Shown here one piece after another: positions 41,394 to 54,085 of a DNA stretch of 64,000 nucleotides (the stretch's first letter is position 1; every line of letters starts with the position of its first letter). The notes beneath the pieces were generated by a model. It searched no databases, was not told the DNA's origin, and saw only the letters and a list, made by a program, of their open reading frames with translations. The stretch comes from Octopus vulgaris. Taxonomy: Eukaryota. The stretch is taken from NCBI GenBank assembly GCA_951406725.2, contig OX597814.1, positions 138,818,001 to 138,882,000 of the forward strand, read 5' to 3'. A program made the position numbers and the translations under genes.

Positions 41394-41839
41394 TTATGTA
41401 TGTGTTTATGTATTATATAATCCATAACCGTGAGGCCGACAAAATTTTTTTGTTTCGTAGAAGTATTCACCAAGAACTGCCATTGACATATGGCACTGCT
41501 ACTTATAGGGCAGAGTGCGTATTATGAGTGTAGCTAATTTATGTGGTGTTATGGTGGACTCCTAGTGAAGAAATAGTAGAATAGCTGAAAGTATACATGG
41601 TGTTGAAGAGAGTCTAGTTATAGAAGCTAGTGGTGATCATAAAATATGAAGAGTCAAAGAGAATTGTACTGATGTGCTTGTTGGTAATCGTGTCAAAGGA
41701 GTTGGGAGTGGTGGATCGTGATGCTGTTGGCTGTGATGTAAAAAAGTGATGAAGCGATAGCTGGTGCGAAAATTGTTTGCAAGGAAACAACTGATACAGG
41801 CGATGATTGCTGGCAAGGATGCACAAGTGCACACACACA

Positions 41840-41883
<44 letters not shown>

Positions 41884-42039
41884 GAACAACTCCAGAAATG
41901 GACGCGGGCGTACACATTTACACACACACATTTACATGTATGCACACATGCACACCAGCAAACATACACACATATGTACACACACATACACTCACACATA
42001 CAAATGCAAAAACACACAAACTGACAAGGCTATCAGAAT

Positions 42040-43330
42040 TAACAAAAATATCAACTCAAGCAATACTACTTCTGTTGTACTGTTGTCAATTATGGAACTG
42101 ACTTCTGCTTCGTATACCACTGAGTGGGTTTTTCAAGCAAGTATGTGTCTTTTTTTGTAGCTAAATGTTCTATAGGCTTCTGGCTAAAATACTTTTAATA
42201 TTTGGTGTCCTACTAAATATCAGTTCCAAGTGCGTTTTCTATCAAAGATGGATTTATGACGGCGGTTGCTTACTCTTTTATCCGATTAAGCCTGACGAGG
42301 CAGTAGTATTAAAAATATTTTGTCTGTCGATTCGAAACGGATTTCCCCTAAACTGAATTCTATGTTTAAATAGAAAGGTGTCGGGAACCAGATAATTTTT
42401 GTGAATCTATATTTGGATGCGGATTAAGTGAGTTAGTAATTTACATAATCCAGTGCTTGAAACAGTTCTCACTTATGACGTATTGTAGTAGGGAGTTGTT
42501 CTATCGAAGACTTTTTTAATAGAAGATAGGCTGCAGTTTACTGTATTGAAAGGACGGATATTTCATAAAAAAAAAGTTGGATGGCCAGAGTATTTATTCA
42601 AATATCATAATATTTCGGAGGATTTCACATAGATTTCGTTCGAGATTCGGAGATGAGTTCTAAAAGAAGGAAACAAGTCATAACAGAGTCAATTTTATTC
42701 ATAAATATATCAAATCTATATTATTCAATGAGAGCTTTGGCTTAAACTGTGGTTCTATGTTTTTACAGCGGAATATTAATCAACGATAGACACCGCATAC
42801 ATACGTTTGTATGTATGTATGTATGTATGTATGTATGTATGTATGTATGTATGTATGTATTTATGTATGTATGTATGTATGTATGTTCTCTTCTGTTTTT
42901 AATAATATGAATTTTATCATCGGGGTTAGCCATCCAATATGGCGGCATAAATTGCTGATGTTTCCTTCAAGTTTTTTTTCCCATCTAGGTTGGTTCTCTC
43001 TAGTAATTTCATTACTGTATATACTACAGATTTCTCCTATGTGTTATTTAAGTGTGGTAGCAGATGCGTGTATGAGGGTTTTAATAGGCCAGTAATTAAC
43101 ATCACGTGATTCCACGTGCTCTCCAGGAACATCGACAACTTTAAACATCAAAGCAGTTATAATTCTCCTTTAATCTTGGTAAGAACGACCTGTGACTCAA
43201 CAGTAGTTTCGAAAAGGTGGAAAACTTTGTACGAACCAGGCATACCAGATGTTTCTAAGTTGAATGTATTCTTCAGTCGTCTCTGTCGACTTAGATACAG
43301 ATGGCCATACATTAGAATTTAATCATGCGG
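42040..43330 (-). mobile_element. Decayed Penelope-like remnant
   Basis: Minus-strand SVVYEAEV (GIY-like), FSRTPNI and FMPPYWMAN (WFNPP-like linker). Confidence 0.45.
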
Positions 43331-43359
43331 CCGCATTTCATTTACATTATTTTCGATAG

Positions 43360-43780
43360 GGACGCGACCTGGCAGAATCGTTAGCACGCCGGGTGAAATG
43401 CTTAGCAGTATTTCGTCTGCCGCTACGTTCTGAGTACAAATTACGCTGAGGTCGACTTTGCCTCTCATCCTTTCGGGGTCGATTAAATAAGTACCAGTTA
43501 CGCACTGGGGTTGATATAATCGACTTAATCCTTAATCTGTTTGTCTGTCCTTGTTTGTCCTCTCTGTGTTTAGCCCCTTGTGGGTAGTACAGAAATAGGT
43601 ATTTCATCTTCCGTTACGTTCAGATTTCAAATTCCCCCGAAGTCTACTTTACTTTTCATCCTTTCGGAGTCAATTAAATAAGTACTAGTTACTCACTAGG
43701 GCCGACATAATCGACTTATCCATTTGTCTGTCCTTGTTTGTCCCCTCTATGTATAGCTCCCTGTGGACAATAAAGAAATA
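43360..43780 (+). mobile_element. SINE family A dimer
   Basis: Head unit plus headless unit with the same GAAATA|GGTATTTC junction at ~43592-43604. Confidence 0.85.
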
Positions 43781-45039
43781 ATTATTTTCGATCTCTCTTA
43801 TGACGATTTTGGTAAGTTCTCAGTATTTTGAAAAGATCGGTTATCATCACTAAAAGTAAACCTTAAAGATGTTTAAGTTGGATTGAACTTCGTCACAGTA
43901 ATTATCAACTACTTCCTGTATCTGATAGAAAGGTCTCCACTAGTTTTTTCTTAACACCGAAGTAAACCCTGGTTTGCATATAAGTTCAAATAAAGTGAAA
44001 GGAATACTTACATCTTCTTAAATAGCTTACTGGTGCTGTAGTACGGTTTTTGTCCAAGGTGTTGTTATCAATTTCAGCAATGATCGAGATTCCACGTAGT
44101 ATAAGGTTTATTTATTTTCAAGTCCGCCTAGAAAAACGCTACGTTGATAAGTAAAAGCTGTTTCTCTTATTCATAACTGGAGAAATAAACCAGTTAGTGG
44201 TTTAGGCTGGAGAAGTCGGCATGCATGTAGAAGAAAATATTCAAAAAGAAATATTAAACAGTCCGCTATGCCTGCACATCTGATGTTGACGGTACTATGA
44301 TGTATGAGTTTATGTATGTTATTCGTTTCTCTTTTTTTAATTCAGAATAAATATTGACCGGGTACCTGCTTGGTAGTAAGGTTGTTAAGGAAAACATATT
44401 TTGTTCCCTCAACGTTCAATACAATTTCAGCCATACATTCTTCCAGAGCAGGTTGGTTCGCATCCTTTTGTTCCATTAAAAAAAAGGTATGAAGCTGAAA
44501 ATGTATCTCGAGTACTGGATTTGCAGTATGTATGTATATAAGAATGTATGCATGTATATATGTTTATATGTATGAACATATGTGTGTCTTCAGAAGTATA
44601 ACGGCGGTGAATCGAGGAAAATTTCGAAGGACAATAAGTTGAGATATTTTGTTACGCCCAGTTACCACATGGTTACGTCACATTATGTGCAGGTTAACTT
44701 CAACGCTGCATAGGCACATCTGTTTCTCGCCAAGAAAGGCGGGATGTCCAGCATGGGTTAGATTACTTCATTGCAAACTTTCAATGTCAAAAGAACTAAA
44801 GAAGAGTAGTTATCTCATGATAGTGGGTGTGGTTCTTATTAAACAAGTGCGATTGCCTATAAAAATAATAAAGAAAAGATAGAAAATAAAATAAACAAGA
44901 AGCCAAAATGAAAGAAAGAATAAATTGATAAATGAATGAATGAATGAAATACCTGATGTAATATTCGTTGTCAAAAATCTTCGTTAGTGGTTTTCTAGCT
45001 GATGTCTTTTTCTGTTTACGTTAGCATCTCTATAAACAA

Positions 45040-45938
45040 CATGCGTTCGAAAAATATCCGACTTATTTTTTCTGCCAAAACTAATGCTGCCTGGACAAAA
45101 TCTTTTGAATGGGAGATGATGTCAACTTACCTTCGCATACATGAAATTTTTCGCGCCAGTAGGTCACAACATTTACCGGCTATTATGCTTAGAATACAGA
45201 CGTGTAATATGCGCTTGTCGGATTTTCGTTTTAACGAATACACCAAGCAGATATATTGCATCAAGTTTTACCAAAAGCATGGTACTACTTAAGCTCAAAC
45301 CACCCAGAAGAGTCAGCCGGGCTTTGGCGATGATTCCATGGGCAAATCTTAGATGAATGAGTGGTGAACCGCTTCAAACGTGGTCGTACTTCAGTGTAGT
45401 ATGAGGTACGCTCAGACCATCTTCAAGTCAAAACGAGGAGCTGATTGAGAAGTTTCGGCGAATAGTCATGGAAGACCGTTGTGAAGCAGCCCAGAAAATA
45501 GCACACGAAGTGGGAATAAGCGCAGAGTCAGTGCATTCCGTTTTAACGGAGGATTTGTGCATGCGGAGTGTCGGCGGAATTTGTCCCCAGAGTGCTGGCG
45601 GAGAAGCAGAAGCAACTCCAAATGAAAATCGGTCAGTATTATGCTGGACTGCAAACTACGACCCAGATTTCATGAAGACCATCATCAAAGGTGATGAGAC
45701 ATAGGTTTATGGTCTCTGTTCGATGAGTTCGGTCATCTTGTCTGAAAAGGAAAATTCGACAAACGCGCAATACACGTCTGTATTCCAAGTGTTAAAGCCG
45801 GGAACTGACACGGTTTACCAGTGCCAAAATTCTCACGCATGTGCAGGAAGGGTTACGTCACCTTTCTTGCAATGGATTTTGTCCATGCGGCATTAGTTTT
45901 GGCGGGAAACATTAAGTTGGGTACTTCTTGATCACAAC
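45040..45938 (+). mobile_element. Internally deleted mariner with ~60-bp TIRs
   Basis: GCCAAAACTAATGCTGCCTGGACAAAATC mirrored at ~45875-45905. Remnants YCIKF, KIAHEVGISAESVHSVLTEDL and DPDFMKTIIKGDET, ending after the first catalytic Asp. Confidence 0.8.
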
Positions 45939-47027
45939 TTTTTATTAAACGCTTGAAGAATTCTTACATTTTTCAAAGAATAAACGATTCTGAATGTATC
46001 CACTACAATAGTCAGCCATTCATATTCATATTTGCAAGTACCTAATCAAAAATCTCTACACATAGAATTTTTTTTTAAATTTTGAATCACCAATATTTTA
46101 TTTATTTTGTCAATATAATCGTCCGTATAATGCTGGTAAGTCATGTTAAACCCAAGGAAGTATATAATAGACTTTAAAACAAAAGAATAAACTAAAACAA
46201 ACAAAACCAAAAACTAGATATAAGAAAGGAAAGGAAGGAAAATTAGATACAAAATATTTAGATGGTTCTTTTGTCAAAACTTTTTGTAACATTCTTGAAA
46301 CTTGAAAGATCATATCTGTGGCTGATTGATAATTGAAAATAAACTGCACTTCAATCTTGGTGGCCCTTTGAAAACTATTTTTTAAATATTTTCTTGCTCA
46401 CAATGGGAGATTTTGCATTTAAACAAGTAATTATATCTTCAGTTTAATAGTTTTAATATTTTCTCTCTCTGTCCGGTTAATGGTTTTTGCCTTCGAACTA
46501 ATAATCGTAATTTTATATGATATCTGACGTTCTAGTTATTTCATATCTTTTAAAACTCGTAGTTAATATATTTCATAATTCAATGTTATTACTACAATTA
46601 TGATGGCGTCTCTTATTTCAAGTTTCATTTCATAGTCATCATACTTTATTGTCTAGGTAGCATTTACTATCAGCTGTTTATACACACGCACATAAGAACA
46701 TACACATACGTATACGGACATACTCGGGCTAAATTTTCAGTGATCTTTGCTAGAAGCAATACATAAAAATTCGTTTTGTTACGTGTACAAAATATTTACT
46801 CAAATTGTAGATAGACAGAGAGAAATATATATATATATATACATATTCTGTCAAGTCATATATATATATCACCTGACACGTCTTCACTACTTTATCACTG
46901 AAATTACATCAAATAGGGCAGACTATACTTTTCAGCTCCGTCCTTTGTGTCACATTATCAGTACAAGTTCGTAAATCACAGAAGGCTAGACAACGGAAGC
47001 ATATAACATTAATCTATACTTCATATT

Positions 47028-47096
<69 letters not shown>

Positions 47097-47273
47097 ATAT
47101 ATATATATATATATATACATACATACATACAAACATACATACACACATACATATATTTGTATATATATATATATATGTATATATATACACAAATATATAA
47201 ATATATATGTACGCATAAATACATATATATGTATATACATATACATATATATACTTACATACATACGCCCGCG

Positions 47274-48437
47274 CGCGGTGCGTAGGCTATTTGAGAACAT
47301 GACATTTTTGAGTTATTATTTTTAAATTAAGTTTTTGATTTATGTTTCAGACATAATAACGCCAGACACTCAGCTTACTCAAGAAATGAAGAGGCATGCT
47401 GTAATTGTGATTTTAAATGTAGGGCAAAGCGATTTTTGATAGCTCAGATTTTTTATAAGACATCAGATGTTTTGTCTATAATATTCGCAGGAAAGGTATC
47501 ACCGCAAAATGTATTCTCAACGCTCCGATACCATCAAACATCCCGAATTTATTCAACAAGTTCGCAAATTGTTGGTGGAAATCTCAGAAAACCCATGATG
47601 CCAGTTGCAAAAGATCTCCATTTGTCAGAAGAGACAATCAGAAATGCTAGCCATGAAGACATCCAGTACAAGTCTACGTGATGCGGAAAGGTCAGTTCAT
47701 GTCGGAAAAAAAAAAGGAAAATGGTTTGGTCAGTTCTAAAAGGCTATTAAACAATATTAAAAACCCCAGAAAATGACAACATTTAGATTTTCTTAAATGA
47801 TTAAAACTTTGACCAGCCCCAGGAGATTAAAAAGAAAAAATGACAGATGGTTATGTCCAGACCATTCTAATATTCTAAAAGGCATGCACACAAAATTTTC
47901 TGCAGTTGTCATAGCTTTTGGAGCTAACACTGCTGGCTACATTAAGATCCTAAAAAGAGTTGTCAGGCCCTGAATAGATAGAGTACGCAATGGAAGGCCA
48001 GATGTGTTTCATCAGGACTCTGCATCATCACATAAGGCCCAAGCAACACAATAATGAATGGTTGACAATTTTCATGACAAGATAACCCCTAGCATTTCGC
48101 TGCCAAGCTCACCAAATCCCAATCCATTGTACTACTATGTGTGGAGCGTTGTTGAGAGAGAAGTCAATCAACAACCACATAATACCAAGAATTCTTCGAA
48201 AGCCGCCATAGTCACAGAAATGTCTGATATTAACCAGAACCATTCAGGCTTGCAGGCGATTCAGATCTCGGTGTTCATGCTCAAGGTGGCTACATTGAAC
48301 ACGATTATATAGGAGATAATCTAGCTTGTATGTGCAATTTTTTATTAATAAAATTGTTTCCTCTTATTATATGTATGTTTCTTCTAGAAAAAAATAGTAA
48401 GTTCACAAATTTGTTCTCAAATGCCTTACGCACTCTG
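47274..48437 (+). mobile_element. Decayed maT/DD37D-like transposon with TIRs
   Basis: Imperfect ~26-bp TIRs (GTGCGTAGGCTATTTGAGAACA / TGTTCTCAAATGCCTTACGCAC). Remnants MKRHAVIV, VFHQDSASSHKA and PSSPNPNPLYYYVWSVVEREVN. Confidence 0.8.
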
Positions 48438-48443
48438 TGTATA

Positions 48444-49230
48444 TCTATAATATATAAATTCCGTTGTGTGTGTGTGTGTGTGTATGTGTATAAAAGTTTA
48501 TAACGGCCGTATTTTTCAACTGATCGTGCTGATATTTTACACACAGGTAAAAAAGCGCAAAAGTGGGTGCATCAGTTAAATTTCATAACATCATCGTTAG
48601 TTTCAAAGTGAGATTTGCCCCTTTTAAATCAAAATCTGAATGGAAAATCCGATTTCAATAAAGCTTATTGGTTATCATTCTGCAAATCACGTACGAACAG
48701 CCACTGTGTTCGTCCAATCAGCATCAGAGCATTGATTACATTAAGGTTTCTAAGCAATATCATGAAAGAATATATGTGATAAAGGGACTTCAAAGGTTTG
48801 ACACCGACTTGTAAATGTGTCAAGCTATTTACTCCACACGATAGGTTGTGTTAACCTTCCAACAAATGCCGGTTGTTAAAGTCAAGTAATTTTTAATTTC
48901 AATGAACAACTTCCCAGATGCCTCAGATAATTTCATATTGCAATTAAATGTTTCTTACAGATTGCCTTCATGTCCATAATAAATGTCGTGTATGCTTTTT
49001 GTACTGATTCTTCAGCTATCCACTTAATTAAACGGCATTCCAAACGATAATTTTCGATATTTTCACATTCTAATACCCGATATCTGCACATAAAACATGT
49101 TCCTTTTTTAATACCAGCTTACTTTTGATTTAACGTCTCGACTACGTCAAATAATCCTCAATTTTAAGCATAGGCAGAAGGGAATTACGCTATTTTAGAC
49201 TTCAGTCCTATCACGAGCTTACACCGTCCA

Positions 49231-49261
<31 letters not shown>

Positions 49262-49445
49262 TGTATGTATGTATGTATGTATGTATGCACGTATGTTAAA
49301 ACTTTCAGGATTAAATCAAAGAGAAAGGAAAATATGACACACCTGTAGATATACCAACTCCTCTTCAGTTATCGGCCAGAGGGTCAAGCGCAATTTCGGC
49401 AATTATCGATAATATTGCTTCCAAACTTGCCGGGAATGGTACTAA
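48444..49445 (+). mobile_element. Probable decayed Helitron
   Basis: 5' A|TCTATAATATATAAA followed by (GT)n, like the other Helitron 5' end. Possible degenerate 3' hairpin and CTAA at ~49419-49445. Confidence 0.4.
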
Positions 49446-49693
49446 AACAAAACAAAACAATAAACAGAATGAAGGCCTAGGGCTACACGAAGACAACAAT
49501 TAAAATGATAATAATACATATAGAGCAAAATAAGTTTTAGGGCTGCAGGACAAGACAAAGATGGGTAACACGAAGGAGAAATAAAAAAAAACTGTCCTAA
49601 AAGACTATACACAGGAAGGGTAGAGCAAGGAACTCAGAAAATTATGACCATTGACCAGTCTGGTCGAAGTTAACGCAAAAAAGAATGACACCG

Positions 49694-49768
<75 letters not shown>

Positions 49769-50129
49769 TGTGTAAATGTACACATATATGTATATATGTA
49801 CATGCAGATGCACATATGCGCGCGAAATAGTGGTTATGTGGTCAGAATGTTGCTCTCATGATCTGCTCATCGTGGGTTCGATTCCCAGACCGAGAGGCGC
49901 GCTGTGTTCTTGAACAAAGCACTTCATTTCACGTTGCTTCAGTCGTTTCAGTTGTAAATGGGAAACCCAGCTATCCGATCAGGTTGAGAATGTTGACCTA
50001 CTCGGCTAACCAATGGCGTCATCTTTCGAAAGCTAAACCGATGCAATGCGCATTGTGATCAGCGACGTATAATAAAATCTGATAATCTGGTGGATCACGT
50101 GGTGATATGATATCCTATGCACCTATGTG

Positions 50130-50536
<407 letters not shown>

Positions 50537-50922
50537 TCATATCTTCAATCATATCGTGAAAATTTATGTTTTCTCAACCATTTGAAATGTAACATGATAT
50601 ATATTTTATATAAGAAATTCTATAGACGCAGACGTTTGTGAGATCATCTTTGAAATCTATATTCTTTGTTGTACACTTATTGCTTTCTCCTACCGTCAGG
50701 AATGTCATGAATTATTTTATTCTTTATGCCACTCAGTAAATGATTTTAAGTATGGATTAAAACGACGTTCTATATATTGTAAGCTATGGTTTCGAGTTCT
50801 TTTCAGAAACATATCGATATGTACAGCCCGAAGCAGAATAGTAACAGACACGCACCATGCAGTGTAAATACACAGACACACATACAAACACAAACATATA
50901 TATATATATAAAGCAAATAAGT

Positions 50923-51028
<106 letters not shown>

Positions 51029-51177
51029 CATATATATACATATATATATATACAATAATATTAAGGAATGGCCTTAATAGGCCATTCAACTCACTAAAAC
51101 GAGCAGCCAAACTCAAACCGCTAAATAGTAGTAATTCAGAAATCAAAGGAAAATTAAAAACATGTTTCTCCTTATCA

Positions 51178-51285
51178 TCTTTGGACTATGCATAGTTTCG
51201 ACGTACTTTTTGGCAAACCAGCCTAATTAAATTAAATTTAATTTAATCAAGTCAATTTACCACTGGCCCGTCTCATCGGCAAAGA
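51178..51285 (-). ncRNA. Type I hammerhead ribozyme (U4C core variant)
   Basis: Minus strand UCUUUG-CCGAUGA-GACG-[long hairpin insert]-CGUC-GAAA-CUAUGCAUAG-UC^CAAAGA: 6-bp stem I, 4-bp stem II base, palindromic stem III, GUC cleavage triplet. Confidence 0.75.
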
Positions 51286-51838
51286 AGCCAGGGGAATATA
51301 TATTCCACGAGGCAACAGCATCGATGCCTTGGGAATATATACTCTAAATTTTCAAAATCTACCGTCATCGCGCCAACTTATCAGCAGCAAATATAAACTG
51401 CTGATTTAATTTCAGAATTAACCAAAAAATCATTAATTAATCAATATCAGGTTAGCAAAAAATTCAATAGAAATTTTTTTGCCACCAGCGGTCTAGTGAG
51501 AAAGAAAAAATAGTCAACAGACTATATAATGTACATTCAACAATAATATTAAGGAATGGCCTTAATAGGCCATTCAACTCGCTAAAACGAGCAGCCAAAC
51601 TCAAACCGCTAAATAGTAGTAATTCAGACATCAAAGGAAAATTAAAAACATTTACCCTGAATCTTTTGCTACCCTGATATTGATTAATTAATGATCTTTT
51701 GGCTAATTCTGAAATTAAATCAGCAGTTTATATTTGTTGCTGATAAGTTGGCGCGATGACGGTAGATTTTGAAAATTTAGAGTATATATTCCCAAGGCAT
51801 CGATGCTGTTGCCTCGTGGAATATATATTCCCCTGGCT

Positions 51839-51946
51839 TCTTTGCCGATAAGACGGGCCAGTGGTAAATTGACTTGATTAAATTTAATTTAATTTAATTA
51901 GGCTGGTTTGCCAAAAAGTACGTCGAAACTGTGCATAGTCCAAAGA
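51839..51946 (+). ncRNA. Second hammerhead copy, probably inactivated (G8A)
   Basis: TCTTTG-CCGATAA-GACG...CGTC-GAAA-CTGTGCATAG-TC-CAAAGA. Core G8 is changed to A. Confidence 0.65.
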
Positions 51947-52176
51947 TGATAAGGGTAAATGTTTTTAATTTTCCTTTGATTTCTGAATTACTACTATTTA
52001 GCGGTTTGAGTTTGGCTGCTCGTTTTAGTGAGTTGAATGGCCTATTAAGGCCGTTCCTTAATATTATTGTTGAATATACATTATATAGTCTGTTGACTAT
52101 TTTTCCTTTCTCATTAGACCGCTGGTGGCGAAAAAATTTCTATTGAATTTTTGCTACCCTGATATTGATTAAAAAA

Positions 52177-52207
<31 letters not shown>

Positions 52208-52218
52208 TACATATATAC

Positions 52219-52265
<47 letters not shown>

Positions 52266-52286
52266 TATACATACATATATAAACAT

Positions 52287-52329
<43 letters not shown>

Positions 52330-52542
52330 GTACTGTTCCGTGATAGAAATTCAACCAAAAAGTACTCCATCTGGTGAGACATAAATATTATTTATTTCAA
52401 AACATGTCTTTAAGTGCTACTAATAGAGTCATATGTTGAGAAATATTGAAACATATTATTCAGGCACTGAGAACATAAGATAACGAACTAAAATCATTGA
52501 ATAATAGAAGAAACGCGAAAAGAACTGAGTGGGCAGCATATA

Positions 52543-52905
52543 CAGGGTGATTCAAAAGTCGCCATACATAGGAACAATTTATCTTTTTATAAGAAACAGT
52601 ATATAAGAACAGTTTTTTTTTTAACAGGCTGTATATAGTTACCATTATTTTGAATACACATTGCAACATGTTTGCCCCACTCATTGTGAACTCGTAATAG
52701 CACATCTGGTGATACGGGTGCAAATAAGTTGGTGATGCGTTCCTTCAAATGATTTATGTCTTTTATCATTCCGCAATACACCATGCTTTTCAAATGTCCC
52801 CAAGACAGAAATGAAGAGGGGTCAGATCAGGGGATCTATAAACTGTTTCTTAATAAAAAGAAAATAATTTTTTACTATATTTATGGAGACTTTTGAATCA
52901 CCCTG
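52543..52905 (-). mobile_element. Non-autonomous Tc1/mariner-superfamily element (MITE-size)
   Basis: TIRs CAGGGTGATTCAAAAGTC(G/T)CCATA. The interior keeps only the transposase C-terminus (SPDLTPL...LKSMVY...HLKERIT). Length 363 bp. Confidence 0.82.
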
Positions 52906-53094
52906 AAGAAAATGCAGTAAATAAAAAAAAACGGAAAACGTAAACCGGGAAACGGAAACACAGGAATTTGAATTGAAAAAGTAAAAAGGTAGAAGAGCTA
53001 TCCTCCTTAGACCTTACATTATAAGGCTGGAAATATATCAACAAGTCAGTCAGGAATAGGTGGAATGTTCCAAGTCTTCAAAATATATTTATAC

Positions 53095-54085
53095 ATATGC
53101 TTGCAACTGACTTGATGGCAAAACCAACACCAGCCTCACGACGCTCTTCGCTGCTGCGACTACTCCAAAAGAAAGTGTAGCCGCCGCTTGTCTCTGTCAG
53201 GTGGCCTTTGTCCGCAAGGCGGGTCTCGCTCAGTGCTGCGATATCGACATTGTATCGGCTCAGTTCTCTGGCCACCAGGGCAGTTCGTCTCTCTGGTCTG
53301 TCCGCTTTGGTGTTGTCAAGCAGAGTTCTCACGTTCCAAGTTGCGAAAGTGAGCACCTTTGTTTGTTTTCTTTCTTTGTTTCGACCGCTTGGAAAGGATC
53401 CCCGCTAGCCGCGGTTTGCTGACCAGGGTGAGGTGAGGCAGGCTATGTTTAGGGCAACCTTTTCTAGCCCCGTCCTCATGCTGCGGAGGCGAACAGAGCG
53501 ATCCTGAAGAGGGCTGCTCGGTCATCCAGGAGGCTGCCGGACTCCACTGCTGCCTCAGTTCACTGAGGGGCGACCACATGTCCTGAGCCGCCTGTGTGTG
53601 GGTTCACGACTGCAGCTCCCAGTGTATCCTCACCTGCTACTTCGCCGTTTCCCCATCGCCTCAGGACTTTGTGATGTTGGTGTCATGATGTCATGACGTG
53701 CGCGTGACTTGGATTATAGTGAGGGTGACTTGCGCAGGATCAGCCTCACTCTCTCGTCCTGGTGCGCCGGATCCAGTGGTAAGACAAAGTCAAGACGGCT
53801 GGGGGTAGACCAGGATGCAGGAGCTGCCGAAAGGTGGCACACATGGCGCAATCCAACCGCCTTAGGGGCTCCACTCCGGATTTATGTAGGTTTTTGGATG
53901 GCCATTGACTCATGAGAGAGTTCCTCTGCCTTTTGACAGGTTTTGTTTTTAGTCCTGCTGGGTGTCCAAATCACCCTCCTCACCAAGAAATCTTGGTGGG
54001 GTTGCCAGTTTAGTCGCCAACGACCCGACCATGTAACAGGTTGTACTGGGTTACATGTTACGAGTAGCTCCAAGCGGAGACCTGA
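53095..54085 (-). mobile_element. RTE-clade LINE: 5' UTR plus start of APE endonuclease, 3' portion missing
   Basis: LTFATWNVRTLLD...RPERRTALVARELSRYNVDIAALSETRLADKG...GYTFFWS...REAGVGFAIK. A GC-rich ~700-bp leader abuts (TATG)n. Confidence 0.88.

Larger units (their letters stand above)
51053..52172. mobile_element. Non-coding hammerhead-bearing ~485-488 bp unit in partial tandem plus inversion (Penelope pLTR-derived or retrozyme-like)
   Basis: 51053-51160 repeats at 51541-51650 (period 488). Orientation flips at ~51658 and the reverse arm runs ~1.05 units to 52172 (period 485). (TA)n on both sides. Confidence 0.85.

Noticed and set aside
42292-42340. Hammerhead-like CTGACGA-GGCAG...CTGTC-gattc-GAAAC
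   Set aside because: Extra bases separate stem II from GAAA, and there is no stem III/NUH site.
46915-46965. Minus-strand CTGATAA...GAAAAGTATAGTC hammerhead-like motif
   Set aside because: Several core changes and no stem II; too degenerate to call.
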